Assembly: GCA_039621445.1 (NCBI GenBank)
Contig: CP154954.1
Coordinates: 27,206,123 to 27,270,122 of the forward strand
Length of the DNA stretch: 64,000 nt
Origin: Euglena gracilis
Taxonomy: Eukaryota
Direction of reading: 5' to 3'
The translations under genes and the position numbers were made by a program. Below are positions 1-14,134 of this stretch, one piece after another (position 1 is the stretch's first letter; every line of letters begins with the position of its first letter). Below the pieces are notes generated by a model. The model had not been told where the DNA came from. It saw nothing but the letters and a program-made list of their open reading frames with translations, and made no database searches.

Positions 1-897
1 ACTTATGCCCGGGATCTGCAAAACCAGTTTTGTTGTAAAGAACCTGGAAGTTAAAGCCCATCCCTTGAAGGACAAAGTTCTGTTTATTTTTTTTATGGGC
101 GCAAATGCGCGCACCAACATAATTTTGTTTGTGCGCGCATTTGCGCCCATAAACGCAAATTTGTCCTACAAGGGATGAGCTTTAACACCCATGAGCTGAC
201 ACCGTTGATAAACAATGACAATGGGGCTGTGTCTGCGCGAACCAGCAGGCCGTCAAGGAACATAAATCGGTGGGTTTGTCACACTGTTTGTTGACGGTGC
301 CAGTTCATTGTCACTAAAGCGTGCACAAACAAAAATGTGTTTGTGCGCGCAAATGCGCGCACCAACACAATTTGTTCATGGGTTCTGAATGGTCGATAAA
401 TGGTGTGACAAAGCACAACCGTCAAACGCCGGTAAATGGTTGATGGTTCACGTGCGTTAAAGCACGCGTCATGCTGTTGGTGGGCGCAAATGCGCAAATG
501 AACTACCTGCAGAAATTGCACAAATTCACAAGTGGTTCATTTGCGCATTTGCGCCCACAAACAACGTGACGCGCGCTTTAAAGCAAATGAACCACCAACG
601 GAGGATAAACCAACGGAGGAATAAAGAAGCGACATCACTTGGCCCTGCAACGCCCACCGGCTCTGGCCTCTGAAGGGGTTCAACCCCAACGACCACACCG
701 TCTCCTCCAACACCTGGTATTATGGCGCCAGTTCTGGTCTAGTGACGGTCCGAGGAAAGGTTGAGATGGAGGATCTTCTGAAGGTGGTTACGCAGCCACT
801 CGATTACGGTGCACGTCCGCCAGCACCGATTTTAGGATCCCAAAGGCCCTGCCGCTGGCCCGCAGCTTGGGCTCCACTGCTGCAGCCACATTAGCTA

Positions 898-1272
898 CAG
901 ATTTTCATTTAGTGCGCCGCGGAAATTTTTTTCCTGCGCCGCGTGTGCTGCGGCATCGGAAATTTTGTGACTGCGTGCGCCGCGGAATATTTCCTTCTGT
1001 GCGCCGCGGCAGTGCCGCGTGCACCACAGCAGCGCCGCGTGCGCTGCAGCATGGCCATCCCAATTATCGCCTGTCCGTGCCGCGACCAAAAAAAAATAGC
1101 ATGTGCTGTGGAACATCATTGGCGCGCCGCAGGTGTGTTGTTGGTGCGGTGGCAGCGTTTCAGGTGCGCTGCGGGTGTGCCGCGGCTAAAATTCAATTGC
1201 GCGCCACGTGCGCCGTGGAATTTTTTTTTGCGCCGCTGCAAACTTCGCCGCGGCACACTAAATGAAAGTCTG
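898..1272. mobile_element. MITE with 8-bp TSD (hAT-like)
   Basis: TIR CAGATTTTCATTTAGTG / CACTAAATGAAAGTCTG; TSD ATTAGCTA / ATTAGCCA; internal GCGCCGC repeats. Confidence 0.75.
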
Positions 1273-3699
1273 ATTAGCCACTGATGCTTCAGCACCCACC
1301 AGGCCGGCATCGACCTCCCCGGTGCAACAGCACCCACCGAAGCGGCCACGTTATTCCCCACAACCGGGGTATCAGACTGGGGGGACGACGTGGTGCTGGT
1401 GTATGGCAACTGGCATCCGGAGAAAGGTTGCCCTCAAACACCCATCACTTTGGGTGCAAGGACACAGGCTGAATTGGCTGTGCCGACCCTACCCCAGAGG
1501 GGGGGGTCGCCTGCCTGGGCAGGCGCTCCAGGCACCCAGATCCAACCCCCCCCCGGGGGGAGGGGAGTATGGCACATGGCCAAAAGTGCCTGGGCACTGA
1601 GCCAAGGCACCGAGAAAACACCATGTTTGGGCACTTATTGGTGAAGGCATGACCCCCCCCCCCCGGAGAGGGATCCAACCCGCCCCCAGATTCCCCTGTA
1701 CAGCCATTATTTGAACAACCTCAAATATTCCTTTCTCCCAAGTTTTTTGCATTGCAAATGAGAAAAATTACCGTCCATTTCCCCTGAAATATTGCATTAT
1801 CCCAACTCAAAAAAATGGGTAACAATTTAGGCACAAACAGCCCGAAGGTTTGGAGACTTTGGTAATAAACACCCAGGAAACGCCTCTTTCTGCTCCGCCC
1901 GGCCATCTCGGTCCTCAAAGACGACCAGCCTGGGTCACCGTTTATGGGGCTCCAACCCACCAGCCCACTTGTCCTAATTGTTATGAAGGGCGGCGGGGTG
2001 ACAGGCACAATTCTACCTGCGGCAGGCGCCGGCGGAAAGCAGCAATTACCGCTCGAGATGCAAAAAACCACTTTGGCGATGGACACCCCACTCCTATTTT
2101 CGGGGGGGGGGGGTTCAAATGTTCTGCAAGCCTCTTAAAAAACACTGAAACGGGCTGTTTTCAACGGTGGGCAGGGTTGTGCCAATCAATCGTTACAGGT
2201 GGCCGAGCGATTCATAACAGGTCTCAGATGATTAACCATTGACTGGCCTTTGAAGGATTGTTTGGAGAAACCAAACAAAACAATTCAAGCGTCTCCCTCT
2301 CTGTGGAGGCTCCATGGAGGCTCCGCGGAGCCTCCCGGCAACCAGCCTCTGTGGAGGCTCTGCAGAGGATCTGAGCAACTAGCGTTCGCGAAAGCTCTGG
2401 GTAACCAGCCTCGGCGCAGTTTTCATTTGAGGGGGGTGCGGAGAAAAAAAATATTATTCTTTTGAGGGGTGGTGTGGGCATTTATTGTCAGTTCTCCCCC
2501 GGCACCCTCCCTGTCTGGGGCCCTGGGGGGTCCTGGGGGGTCCAATCGGGGGGGGGGCATTACTCAAAATGAAACCCAAGAAGGAGTCTTAAAGTAAAAA
2601 CTCCCACAGGGGGTCCTGGGGGGATAAAAAGGAATTTATATTTTTTGACATTTTATTTTGACATTGACAAAAAAGGGGCAATTTGCCTGTAAAGGCCAAT
2701 TCTTTGAAATGGCTTCCCACAGGCCACACCTTTTCTTAGCGTGCTCAGTGAAAAAAAATTGTGTATTGTGTGCATCAGCAAAAAAAATGTGTACCGGTGT
2801 GTATCAGCAAAAAAAATTCTGTGTCAGTGTGCAGCAGCGAATTTTTTTTCGATCAAATTTATTAGAAATTTTTCTGAATCCAAAAAAATTGACTGTTGTG
2901 CTTCGACACCAAGCAGATTTTCACATTCCTCACGGTTGATAACATCCAGGGGGAAATGTGTTTCGCATTTTTTCGCATTTTTCCAAAAAAATGCACATCT
3001 TTGCACATTCTTTCGCATTTTTTTTGAAAAATCACGAAAATGCAAAGATTGTCCAAAAACATGCAAAAATGGCACCAAATTTACCTCCCCCTCCCCAAGC
3101 CCAATGAACACTAAAGTGACAATCTAGACGGTCCGAACGGGGGGCGTTCATTGGGCTTGAAATGTGCTTTCTGTGTAGATAAGGTATATGGTGACAATCT
3201 AGACGGTCCGAACACCCCCTGTTCATTGGGCAAGGGTGTTCATTAGGCATGGATGGAGGTACAACAATTATAGGGAATTCGTGAAGATAATGTTAGTTTC
3301 AAAAAAATCAAAAATTAAAAAAAAAAAAAAAAAAAAAATTTTAAAAAAACATTTCCTTTAAAAAAAAAAAAAAAAAAAAAACATGGACGCATGTATGGGC
3401 AAATGCAACCAGGGATCTGAATTTGCCATAGGATCAATTTCCAAGCAAAAGATTTTATATTTAAAATGGGTTTTTCATTCATTGAATTGTTGAAACATTT
3501 GTGGCGTTGTGTTGTCAGGCCTTTTTGGGTTGTGCAACGCCGCGGGGTGGCAGCGCTTGCGCTTTTTTTTTTCTGGCACATCCGTTGACGCATGTATGGG
3601 CAAATGCAACCAGGGATCTGAATTTGCCATGTGGGGAGCAGAGAAGATTCATTTCGTTTTTTTGCACTTCTTTGCAAATTTCTTGTGGATTTGTAATGG

Positions 3700-3852
3700 G
3701 TGTAGGCACATTCCACCCCCCCCCGCGGAAACATTGGGGGCATCGGCATCGGGGTCATTGCAGCCATTGCGGGGGGGGGCCAGTCAGACCTCTTGCAGCG
3801 CCAGTTGCCTGCCCCGGGCCTGGCAAGCCTTGGCCTTTTTCTTGCTGCGAAT
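3700..3852 (-). CDS. SNRPB: Probable SmB coding exon 3 (Gly/Pro/Met-rich tail); 3' end uncertain
   Basis: CTCATCAG|A acceptor is phase-compatible with exon 2 and the exon encodes ...PPPAMAAMTPMPMPPMFPRGG. Compensating 1-nt indels in the A and C runs would give GQGLPGPGQATGAARGLTGPPP, more typical of SmB tails. Confidence 0.65.
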
Positions 3853-6800
3853 CTGATGAGAATTCCAGGCAAAACACTTTGATATATGTGTGCTCCTGGA
3901 ACATGTCTCCAGCTTAAAATGTCAGCACATTTGTCCTTGAAACAAAAGCTGCAAAGCTTGCCCGGCCTCGGAAAAAAATGCGCAAAAATGCGCAAAAATG
4001 CGCAAAAAAATGCGCAAAAATGTGCAAAATCCAAGGAAAAAAATGCGCAAAATCACGAAAATGCAAAAATTACCCAAAAACATGCAAAAATGGCACCAAA
4101 TTTGAAGAAATTATGTAGAATAATGAGGAAAATGTAAGTTTCAAAAAAAGTCGAAAATTTCAAATTTTTGCAAAAAAAAATTGCAAAAATGGTCAAAAAA
4201 TGCGAAAATTTTGGAAAATGACGAAAAAAATGTGCCAAAAAGTAAAAAAATGCGCTGAAAAAAACAAAAAATGCGCAAAAAAAAATGCGATAAAATGCGC
4301 AAAAAATGCGCATTTTGGAAAATTTGAAAAAATGCGCAAAAAATGAGCAAAAATGCGAAAAAATGCGAAACGCATTTCCCCCCCCCCTGCAGCTGTTGAC
4401 ACATGTGTCATGGACGGTGCATGCCACACCCCCTGTGTCAACCGCAATTCTCCTGTCCCAAAATGCCATTTTCTTTATGCTGCAATGCATGTCACACGGT
4501 GTGTCCATGACACCCCGATGGAAGAGCTGGGGATTGCTTAGAGAAGTGGGCAGGATGGGAGGCGGGTGCAGTGGGGGGAGGGGGCAGCCGGCTGACAACC
4601 TGTTAAGCGGCCAACCATGCACTTAACCACTGAGGTAGATTGGGCCATTTGTGCAATTGCGTAAATGGTGCTTTTTTGAAAATCGATGTTTCAGTCCCAA
4701 CCCCTGTCCTTGAGATGTCAAAATATGGGGAAAATGCGGCTGACATGGGGGGCCACTGTTTACCGACCCCCCCCCGGGTCACTTTCCTCTTTCAAAGACT
4801 TTTGGAAACCAATCACCCACTTCCAACCCCCTGACCCCACCCCGGCGTTCACTCTCGCCACTCGGTCAAAAATGGCCTACAATCAAATTCCATACCAAAA
4901 TACCCAAAACATTTCTGGAGCCTCCGGCAACAGGTGGCCACTCTCGGCTGTTAGTTGGCTGGACCTTTGGGGGGGTCCCAAAACCTGGCGGAATAGGTCA
5001 AATGCAGCTGAGTTGGAGTGTTTTAGGCGGCAGCCACACTCTAAATGGATCCCCCCCCCCCCGAGGGGGGTCCATTAAGAGTGTCCAGGGGGGGGTCCAC
5101 AAAGAGTGGCGCGCGTCCGACTTTTGGACTGTTTTGGTCCCGCGGCGCCGGGAAAACGCGCGGACTCCAGGTGACCATCGGCGGATTCGGGGAGGATTCC
5201 CACTTAATTTTCGGGATAGGGTTAGGGTGAGGATGGGTCGGACGCGGGCCACTCTTAATGGACCCCCCCCCCTGGACACTCTAAATGGACCCCCTCGGGG
5301 GGGGGGTCCATTTAGAGTAAAGCTGCCTTTTAGGCATAAATATGTACCCCTTTTAAAGGGGGGAGGTCCAGCCAGCCAGCACCTATTCTTCAGGGCCGAC
5401 TTCGGGGAAAGAAATGTTTTCTGGCATTGGTGGACCATGATCCATCCACCCAAAATGCTGAAAAATGGGTTTTCCGACTTCTTGATTTTTGATCCCGTGG
5501 GTGTTGAACCGGTTCGGCCCTTGGCCGTCCCTTGGGACCAAGGGGCGTTCTGTAAGGGGAAAAAAAACTGCCCGCCCCGGAAAGAACACCCTGAACGCCC
5601 ATTCTACAATCCGGGGAAATTTGACACAAAAATGAAGCAATTAAAATTGAAAAAAATTCGGTGCCTTTGGCGCGCGCCGCGTCACTTTGGATAGGGAGGA
5701 GGAAAACATGCAACAAGGCTCCTCAAAATATGCCATGCAAAAAAATGCCATGCAAAAAAATGTAAAAAATGCAAAAAAAAATTGCAGCTTGCATGTAAAT
5801 TCCTTCAGTAGCTCCCCGAGCAGGGTATTAAATGAGGGGGGGGGGTAGGCGGGGGGACCCAGAAAATTTTCATTGAGAATGGCCTTTTCAATGAAAATTT
5901 TCTGGGTACCCCCCCCGGCCCCTGGTGCCTTCGGCGACGAGGTCGGAGGGGGGGTGCCTGCTGTGGGCAGGCACCCCCAAAAACCCTACCCCCCTCCCCC
6001 GGAGGGTCGGATGGAGGCTGTGGGGTGCCTGCCCCTGTATCCCCCCCGTGGGGTAGGCACCCGACCAAGCACAAGCCTGCCCCGGACCCTCCTCGGCCCT
6101 GAGGGGGGAGGTGCTCTGGACCAGAGGTTTTAGGACCTGGGGGGGGGTCCGGATCCACCCACCCACCCACCCCCTGAGGGGGGGGGGGGGCAGGGGGACC
6201 AACCTCATCACTTTGCAAATTTGTACAACATGTTCCTTTGGTGTTGCATTTTGGCAGGCACCGCCCCGGGGTGGGGTCGGCATCACCTTAAAAAGAAACC
6301 TGCTCGAACCCCCGAGGGGGTCCTGGCCTGGATGGGACTGCTGGCTGGAAAGCAAAAGGTGCCGGCTGGCTGGACCCCCCCCCAGGGATAGAGGGAAGCT
6401 CTTCGGACATGAGGCAGGTGGTTGCAGGGGGGTCCGGACCCCCCCCTGGGGGGAAGATGGTGGGGGGGGGTCGCTGAGCTCTTATCCGTTTGTGGGTAAG
6501 AGCGAAGCTTACCCCTGGGGAAAAGGGGAGGGGTCGAACCCCCCCCCCTGGGTCGGGGCCACCTCGGGAACCGGCGGATCATCACCATGATCCTGGCTCC
6601 ATTCCCGGGTTTTTTTTTCCCAGCCGCGAGCGACTGGATTTCTACTTTCCGAATCACCTGACCCCCAACTCCCTGCCAGGCCCGAGTTATCCAGCCGCAA
6701 AGGGGTCCAAACTGGGTGGGATTGCCCCTCCCCCTCTTCCGACTCTGCCATTTCACCGGGGTCCAAAAATCAGTCAAAAAAATCGATTTTTCGAAAATAT

Positions 6801-7437
6801 CTCGAGAAAATGTACATTATCTCCGGATTGGAATGCCCTATCCAACCATAGTTTTTCTATTCCCCCAACCCTTCGTGTAGCCCGTGTTGCGGCCATTTTT
6901 CGGCCAATTTTGGCCCAATTCTGGGGCCATTTTGGGCTGTTTTTTGGGGGGGCCGAGAATCGATCTTTCCAGAATACCTCGGAAATGAAGCAAAATCAAA
7001 GGAATTGTCCGAAAGACCTCATTTGAAGCCCTTGTGATACCCAATTCAACGGTATTTTGATTTCCCCGCAACTCCCCGCCTAGCCCGAAATATGGCCGAT
7101 TTACGGCCCAAAACAGCGCGGCAGGCTTGCGACTTGGCCATTTTCGGCCGTTATTTGGCTCAAAAAATCTCTCGAAAAAATCTCGAAAATTTCTCAAAAA
7201 TTGTGGGGAATCAAAGGAAATGTCCGGAGACCTAAATTGAAGCCCTATCTGACAGTATTTTGGTTTCCCCGCAACTCCCCGCCTAGCCCGAGTTACGGCC
7301 ATTTTTCGGTCGATTTTGGCCATTTTGTACAGTTTTGGCCTGTTTTGACTAAGCGGTTTCGGCCATTTTTGGGTCAAAAAAGTCGAATAAAATCGGGAAA
7401 AAAACTTTGCCCAAAACGATGCTTTTTGGCCTCCCGG

Positions 7438-7871
7438 GGCCCGAGCGAGAAATTGGTAATGGACTTTTTGATGGTCGCCAGCGACCATTGGTGATCTGGC
7501 GACTAGGTCAATTTGCAAAAAAAGAATTGGGTAATATCTTCTCTTTGCGCCTGTTCTGTGAAACCAAAGCCAAAGCAGCCCCCCCCCGGGAGTGGGAAGA
7601 GGCCGAAGGCCAACTGAGTTCATTAAGTTCCATCGTTGCCTTGCACACACAAGGGGATTTTGTTATTGCAAATTAACCCCCAAATGGGGGTTTTGGAAGG
7701 CATTTGGGTGGGTTTTGAGTCATCTTCCTTCATATATGAATGAATTCTTTTGGAGGGGGGGGCTTAAAAATTGTTTTAGGGGGGGGGGTGGACTTGTTAT
7801 TGCTGGTCAGATTGGCCACCAATGGTCGAGCGACCTCCAAAAAAACCATCACCAATTTCCCGCAATGAGCT
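7438..7871. mobile_element. Non-autonomous element with 9-bp TSD (Mutator-like)
   Basis: TSD GCCTCCCGG, imperfect TIRs with GAAATTGGT(A/G)ATGG; same family as 24463-25718. Confidence 0.7.
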
Positions 7872-7881
7872 GCCTCCCGGA

Positions 7882-8333
7882 CAGGCTTTTGCTTAAGGAC
7901 CCCCGGGGGGGGGGGGGTGGGTACTGGCTAGCCAATCGGCTAGACACTGGAAAAAGTGGACTAGCTAGACCCCCCTCCCCCCCGGGGGGGGGGGGGGGTC
8001 CGGGGGCCCCCCGGACTGGAAAAAAATTTTTCCTCCGGCGCACAGCGCCGGAGGAAAAATGAGGTTTTTAACAGGTTTTTGGTTGATTTTGTTCCAAAAA
8101 TTCCCAAAAATGGCCAAAAACGGGCATTTTTGGCCCTTTTTGGGGGTCCCAAAAAAAATTTTCGGCGCTTCGCGCCGGTCACTGGAAAAAAATTTTCCAC
8201 TAGCTAGCCCTGCTAGCAGACCCCCCCCCCCGGGGGGGGGTCTGCTAGAAAACCCACTAGCCAAATTTGGACTAGCTGCAGTCCAGCCCCCCCCCCCCCG
8301 GGGGGGTACTGCAATCCCTTAAGCAAAAGCCTG
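7882..8333. mobile_element. MITE family A (hAT-like)
   Basis: TIR CAGGCTTTTGCTTAAG, TSD CTCCCGGA. Confidence 0.9.
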
Positions 8334-8789
8334 CTCCCGGACCTGGAAAAAAAATGTTTTTGAGCCCGAAATCAGCGTTTTTCGCCCCACCAGCACCCCG
8401 TTTTTGGACCAAATCCCATGGAATTTGGGTCAAAATGGGTCAAAAACAGTCGAAAAAATCGAAAAGATTTTTTCTGTTTGAAACGATGCTTTTTGGCCTC
8501 CCAGACCTGGAAAACCTGTTTTTGAGCCCAAAATGAGCATTTTCCGACCCCCCCCCCGGTGCCCCGTTTTTGGCCCGAAACCCATGGATTTTGGATCATT
8601 TCCGGGTCAAAACAATCAAAAAAAATGCAATCAACGGGGGATGGGGTTGGGACTACTGGACAGTGGAGTAAAACATTAGGGTTAGGGGGGGGGGGGTTGA
8701 CCCCCCCCCCCTAAACCAAAGTGGAGTAACCCCCCCCCCCTTAGCCCCCCCGCCCCCCCCCCTCCCCCCGCCCCCCGCCCCCCCCCCTC

Positions 8790-9957
8790 CCTGAGTAGGT
8801 CCGGCCACCCGAGGATTATCGATGTGACCCGATTTCCGGGCCCCCAAAGTGAATGGCCTATAGGTTAGGAGAGGTTCCCTAGTTTCTCCAGAGCCGTCAC
8901 GCTACCCGCAACTCCCCGCCGGTCCGGAGATCTGGCCCGAGCAAAAAAGTTGTCTACCGTTTTTTTTTTCCGGAAAATTGCAGGGTCATTTTGGGGTCAA
9001 AAAATCGATAAATTCAAAATATCTCGAAAACGCTGCGGAGTTGAGGAAAAGTAAAGAGGACGTCATTCCACAACTTTGGGACGCCCGATCGATCGGTATG
9101 CGCGGTTTGGGCCAACTCCTCGCCTAGCCCGAGATACGGCCGTTTTGGGGTTTTGGGCCAGTTTGGCCAGTTTTGGCCATTTCGGGCCCGTTCGGGGCCC
9201 GAAACCGTAAATTGGCCGTATCTCGGGCTAGACGAGGAGTTGCAGCCCAAACCAGGGGGTCAATCATTAGGTTTAGGGGGGGGTTTTGACCGTTTTTTGG
9301 GGTTCCCGGGGTCTGGTTGTGCGATTTTGGGCCAGTTTTGGGTATTCGGGGACCCCTGCGCGCGCTGTGAGGGTGGCTGGGCGAGGGGGGGTCGGGTGGC
9401 AGGTCAGGACCAAAAATTTTGAAAAAATTTTTTTCGCTCAAAAACACTTTTTTCACTTCAGAACATCAAAAAAAGTGTTTTTGTGCGAAAAAAAATTTTC
9501 CGACCCAGACCCCCCCCCCCCCGCCCCCCCTGGCTGGGGCCCGCCCCTGGCCGGTGGACTTAGCCATTTTTGGGTCAAAAAGTCGAAAAAAATCGAAAAA
9601 TTTTTTTTTGCCCAAAAACATGTTTTTGGACCTCCTGGACCCGAAAAAAAAAAAAAAAAAAAAAAAACAAAAAAAAAAAAAAAAACCACCAAACCAAAAA
9701 AAAAAAAAAAAAAAAAAAAAAACCCCCCCACCCCCAAAACCCCCCCTGAGCGTTTTCCCCCCCCCCCCCCCCCCACCCCCCCCCGTCAAAAACCCAATAT
9801 CGAACCCGAAAATGCCCCCCCCGTGCCCCCCCCCCCCCCCCCCCCCTCCCCCCCCCCGACGGGATGGATTTATCGAGTGGAGTTATTAGTTAGGGTAAAT
9901 CTAAGAGGAGGTCTAAGGTTGGACTGGGGTGGAGAGTTTGTTTTGTTTTAAGCTGGC

Positions 9958-9989
<32 letters not shown>

Positions 9990-10188
9990 GAAAAAAGTGT
10001 TTTTTGAGCCGAAAACGACGTTTTTTCGACCCCCGCACCCCCGTTTTTGGCCGCCGACCCATTGACTTTGGGTCAACCCGGGTCAAAAAAGGCGAAAAAA
10101 ATCGAAAAAAATTTTTTTCGCCAAAAACATGGTTTTTTGGCCTCCCAAAAAAAAAAAAAAAAACAAACCGCGTCAAAAAAAAAAAAAG

Positions 10189-10273
<85 letters not shown>

Positions 10274-13260
10274 AAGCTGAGCTCTTATCTCTTTAAAGTA
10301 AGAGCGAAGCTTCCTCCGGGGGCAGGAGGGGGGGCAGGACCCCCCCGCCCCCCCCCCCGCCCCCCCCACCCCCCCCCCCCCTGGGTAGGTCCGGAAACCC
10401 CGGGATTATCGATGTGACTGGATTTCCGGGCCCCCAAAGTGAATGGCCTATAGGTTAGGGGACGATCCCTAGTACCTCCAGAGCCCTTCGGTTACCCGCA
10501 ACTCTCCGCCAGTCCGGAGATATGGCCCGAGCAAAAAAGTTGTCTACCGTTTTTTTTCCGGGGAAATTGCAGGGTCATTTTGGGGTCAAAAAATCGAAAA
10601 TTTCAAAATATCTCGAAAACGCCGCGGAGTTGAGAAAAAGTGAAGAGGACGTCGTTCCACAACTTTGGGACGCCCGATCGATCGGTATGCGCGGTTTGGG
10701 CCAACTCCCCGCCTAGCCCGAGATACGGCCGTTTGGGTTTTTGGGCCAGTTTGGCCAGTTTTGGCCGTTTCGGGCCCGTTCGGGGCCCGAAGCCGTAAAT
10801 TGCCCATATCTCGGGCTAGACGGGGAGATGGAACGCAAACCAGGGCGGCAAACATTAGGTTTAGGGGGGGTTTTGAATTGACCAGTTTTTTTTTTTTGGG
10901 GTTCACCCCCCCCCGCAGGGGGTCTGGTGTGCGCCATTTGGGCCAGTTTTGGGGTGTTCGGGGACCCCTGCGGGGTTCGAAGGGCGGCGGGCGTGTCCAA
11001 AAAATCGAAAATTCAAAATATCTCGAAACGCTGCGGAGTTAGGGAAAAGTATGCGACCCTATTTACGACCTTGGGAACGCCCGATCGATCGGTATGCGCG
11101 GTTTGGGCCGACTCCTCGCCTAGCCCGAGATACGGCCGTTTTGGGGTTTTGGGCCAGTTTGGCCAGTTCTGGCCATTTCGGGGCCCGAAACCGTAAATTG
11201 GCCGTATCTCGGGCTAGACGGGGAGTTGGAACCCAAACCAGGGGGTCAAACATTAGGTTTAGGGGGGGGGTTTGACCGTTTTTTGGGGTTCCCGGGGTCT
11301 GGTTGCGCGATTTTGGGCCAGTTTTGGGTATTCGGGGACCCCTGCAGGCACCGTGAGGGCAGCTGGGCGAGGGGGGTCGGGTGGCAGGTCGGGACCCAAA
11401 ATTTTGAAAAAATTTTTTCGCCCAAAAACACTTTTTTCACTTCAGAACATCAAAAAAAGTGTTTTTGGGCGAAAAAAAATTTTCCGACCCGGACCCCCCC
11501 CCCCCCCCCCCTGGGCCCCCCCCCCCCCCTGGCCGGTGGACTTAGCCATTTTTGGGTCAAAAAGTCGAAAAAAATTGAAAAAAAAACCCCAAAACGATGT
11601 TTTTTGGCCTCCCGGACCCGGAAAGCCTGTGTTTGAGCACAAAATGAGCGTTTTTTCCCGGGCCGGGCCGGGGTGGTCTCCCAAAGAGCTCAGCTCTACG
11701 TCACACCCTGGTCGCTGAGCTCTTATCTCTTTAGAGTAAGAGCGAAGCTTACCACCCCGGCGACGGGGGGGGTCGGAACACCCCCCCCCCCCGCCCCCAG
11801 CCCCCCCGCCGCCCCCGTCCCCCCCCCTGGGTAGGTCCGGAAATCCCGGGATTATCGATGTGACTGGATTTCGTGGCCCCCAAAGTGAATGGCCTATAGG
11901 TTAGGGGACGATCCCTAGTACCTCCAGAGCCCTTCGGTTACCCACAACTCCCCGCCAGTCCGGAGATGTGGCCCGAGCAAAAAAGTTGTCTACCGTTTTT
12001 TTTTCTGGGGAAATTGCAGGGTCATTTTGGGGTCAAAAAATCGAAAATTTCAAAATATCTCGAAAACGCCGCAGAGTTGAGAAAAAGTGAAGAGGACGTC
12101 GTTCCACAACTTTGGGACGCCCGATCGATCGGTATGCGCGGTTTGGGCCGACTCCTCGCCTAGCCCAAGATACGGCCGTTTTGTGGTTTTTGGGCCAGTT
12201 TTGCCATTTTTGGCCATTTCGGGCCCGTTCGGGACCCGAAACCGTAATTTGCCCGTATCTCGGGCTAGATGAGGAGTTGGAACCCAAACCAGTGGGTCAA
12301 TCATTAGGTTTAGGGGGGGGGGGGTTGACCGTTTTTTGGGGTTCCCGGGGTCTGGTTGTGCGATTTTGGGCCATTTTTGGGTATTCGGGGACCCTGCAGG
12401 GGTTCGAGGGCTGCCGGGCTGGGGTCAAAAAATCGAAAAATTCAAAATATCTCGAAAACGCTGTGGAGTTGAGGAAAAGTAAAGCGGACATCCCTCCACA
12501 ACTTTTGGACGCCCTATCGATCGGTGTGCGCGGTTTGGGCCGACTCCTCGCCTAGCCCGAGATATGGCCGTTTTGGGGTTTTGGGCCAGTTTTGGCCATT
12601 TTGGGCCTGTTTGGGCTCGAAACCGTACATTGGCCGTATCTCGGGCTAGACGAGGAGTTGAGACCCAAACCAGGGGTCAATCATTAGGTTTAGGGGGGGT
12701 TTTGACCGTTTTTTGGGGTTCCCGGGGTCTGATTGTGCGATTTTGGGCCAGTTTTGGGTATTCGGGGACCCCTGCAGGCGCCGTGAGGGCGGCTGGGCGA
12801 GGGGGGGTCGGGAGGCAGGTCGGGACCCAAAAGTTTGAAAAAATTTTTTTCGCTCAAAAATACTTTTTTTCACTTCAGAACATCAAAAAAAGTGTTTTTG
12901 AGCGAAAAAAATTTTTCCGACCCGGACCCCCCCCCCATTCCCCCCGTGGCTGCGGCCCACCCGTCTGGCCGGTGGACTTAGCCACTTTTGGGTCAAAAAG
13001 TCAAAAAAATTCAAAAAAATTTTTTTGCCCAAAAACATGTTTTTTGACCTCCCGGACCCGGAAAAAGTGTTTTCGAGCCAAAAATGAACGTTTTTTGACC
13101 CGCCAGCCCCCCGTTTTGGTCCGCCAACCCATTGACTTTGGGTCAAAACCGGGTCAAAAAAGTCGGAAAAAAAAATCGAAAAAAATTTTTGCCCAAAAAA
13201 CTGTTTTTTTGGCCTCCGGAACCCAGAAACCCCGTTTTTTTAGCCAAAAATGAGCGATTT
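8790..13260 (+). repeat. Three tandem copies of a roughly 1.5-kb modular repeat
   Basis: Unit start CTG(A/G)GTAGGTCCGG..GATTATCGATGTGAC at about 8790, 10381 and 11827, with internally repeated modules of about 360 bp. Confidence 0.85.
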
Positions 13261-13701
13261 TTGACCCCTTGGCCTCTCGTTTCGGGCCCAAAACCTTTGC
13301 ATTTCAGTCCAAAGAGCTTTTACAGAGTGGCTGGGCCGGGCCGCCGGGTCGCCGGCCGGGCCGAGCCGGGCCGGGCCGCCGGGCCGCCGAGCCGGGCCGG
13401 GCCGTCGGACCGCCGGGCCGCCTGGCCAGACCGCCGGGCCGCCTGGCCGGGCCGGGCCGCCGTGCCGCCGGGCCGCCGGCCGGGCCGGGCCGGGCCGGGC
13501 CGCCGAGCCGGGGTGGTCTTCCAAAGAGCTCAGCTCTACGTCACACCCTGGTCTCTGAGCTGTGAACAGGGTTCTTTTAGTCGTGGACCCCCCCCCCGGG
13601 GGGTGGGTGGGTCCGGCCAAGCCCCCCCCCCCAGGGCAGAACGGGAACGCCTGGTGGGGGGGGGGGGGGGTCGACCCCCCCTACCAGGGAGGCGGGGGGA
13701 C

Positions 13702-14134
13702 CAGGCTTTTGCTTAAGGACCCCGGGGGGGGGGGGGGGGGGTACTGGCTAGCCAATCGACTAGACACTGGAAAAATGGACCAGCTAGACCCCCTCCCCGG
13801 GGGTTTTTTTGGTGGTCCGGGGTCCCCCAAAAAAATTTTCCTCCAGCGCTGCGCGCCGGAGGAAAAATGAGGTTTTTAACAGGTTTTTGGCTGATTTTGT
13901 TCCAAAAAATCCCAAAAATGGCCAAAAACGGCCATTTTTGGCCATTTTTGGGGGTCCCAAAAATTTTTTGGCGCTTCGCGCCGGTCACTGGAAAAAAAAA
14001 TTTCCACTAGCTAGCCCTGCTAGCAGACCCCCCCCTCGGGGTCTGCTAGAAAACCCACTAGCCAAATTTGGACCAGCTGCAGTCCAGCCCCCCCCCCCCC
14101 CGGGGGGTACTGCAATCCCTTAAGCAAAAGCCTG
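13702..14134. mobile_element. MITE family A
   Basis: Same TIR, TSD GGGGGGAC. Confidence 0.9.

Noticed and set aside
2947-4389. Single TIR element capturing SmB exon 3
   Set aside because: No TSD; better explained as two oppositely oriented copies of a repeat also present near 20980.
9640-10380. Very long poly-A/poly-C runs and the poly-Lys/Phe/Pro ORFs they create
   Set aside because: Homologous repeat copies nearby lack these expansions; likely low-quality long-read consensus.
11714-11752. Hammerhead ribozyme (CTGA-stem-GAA)
   Set aside because: Lacks the full CUGANGA and GAAA core.
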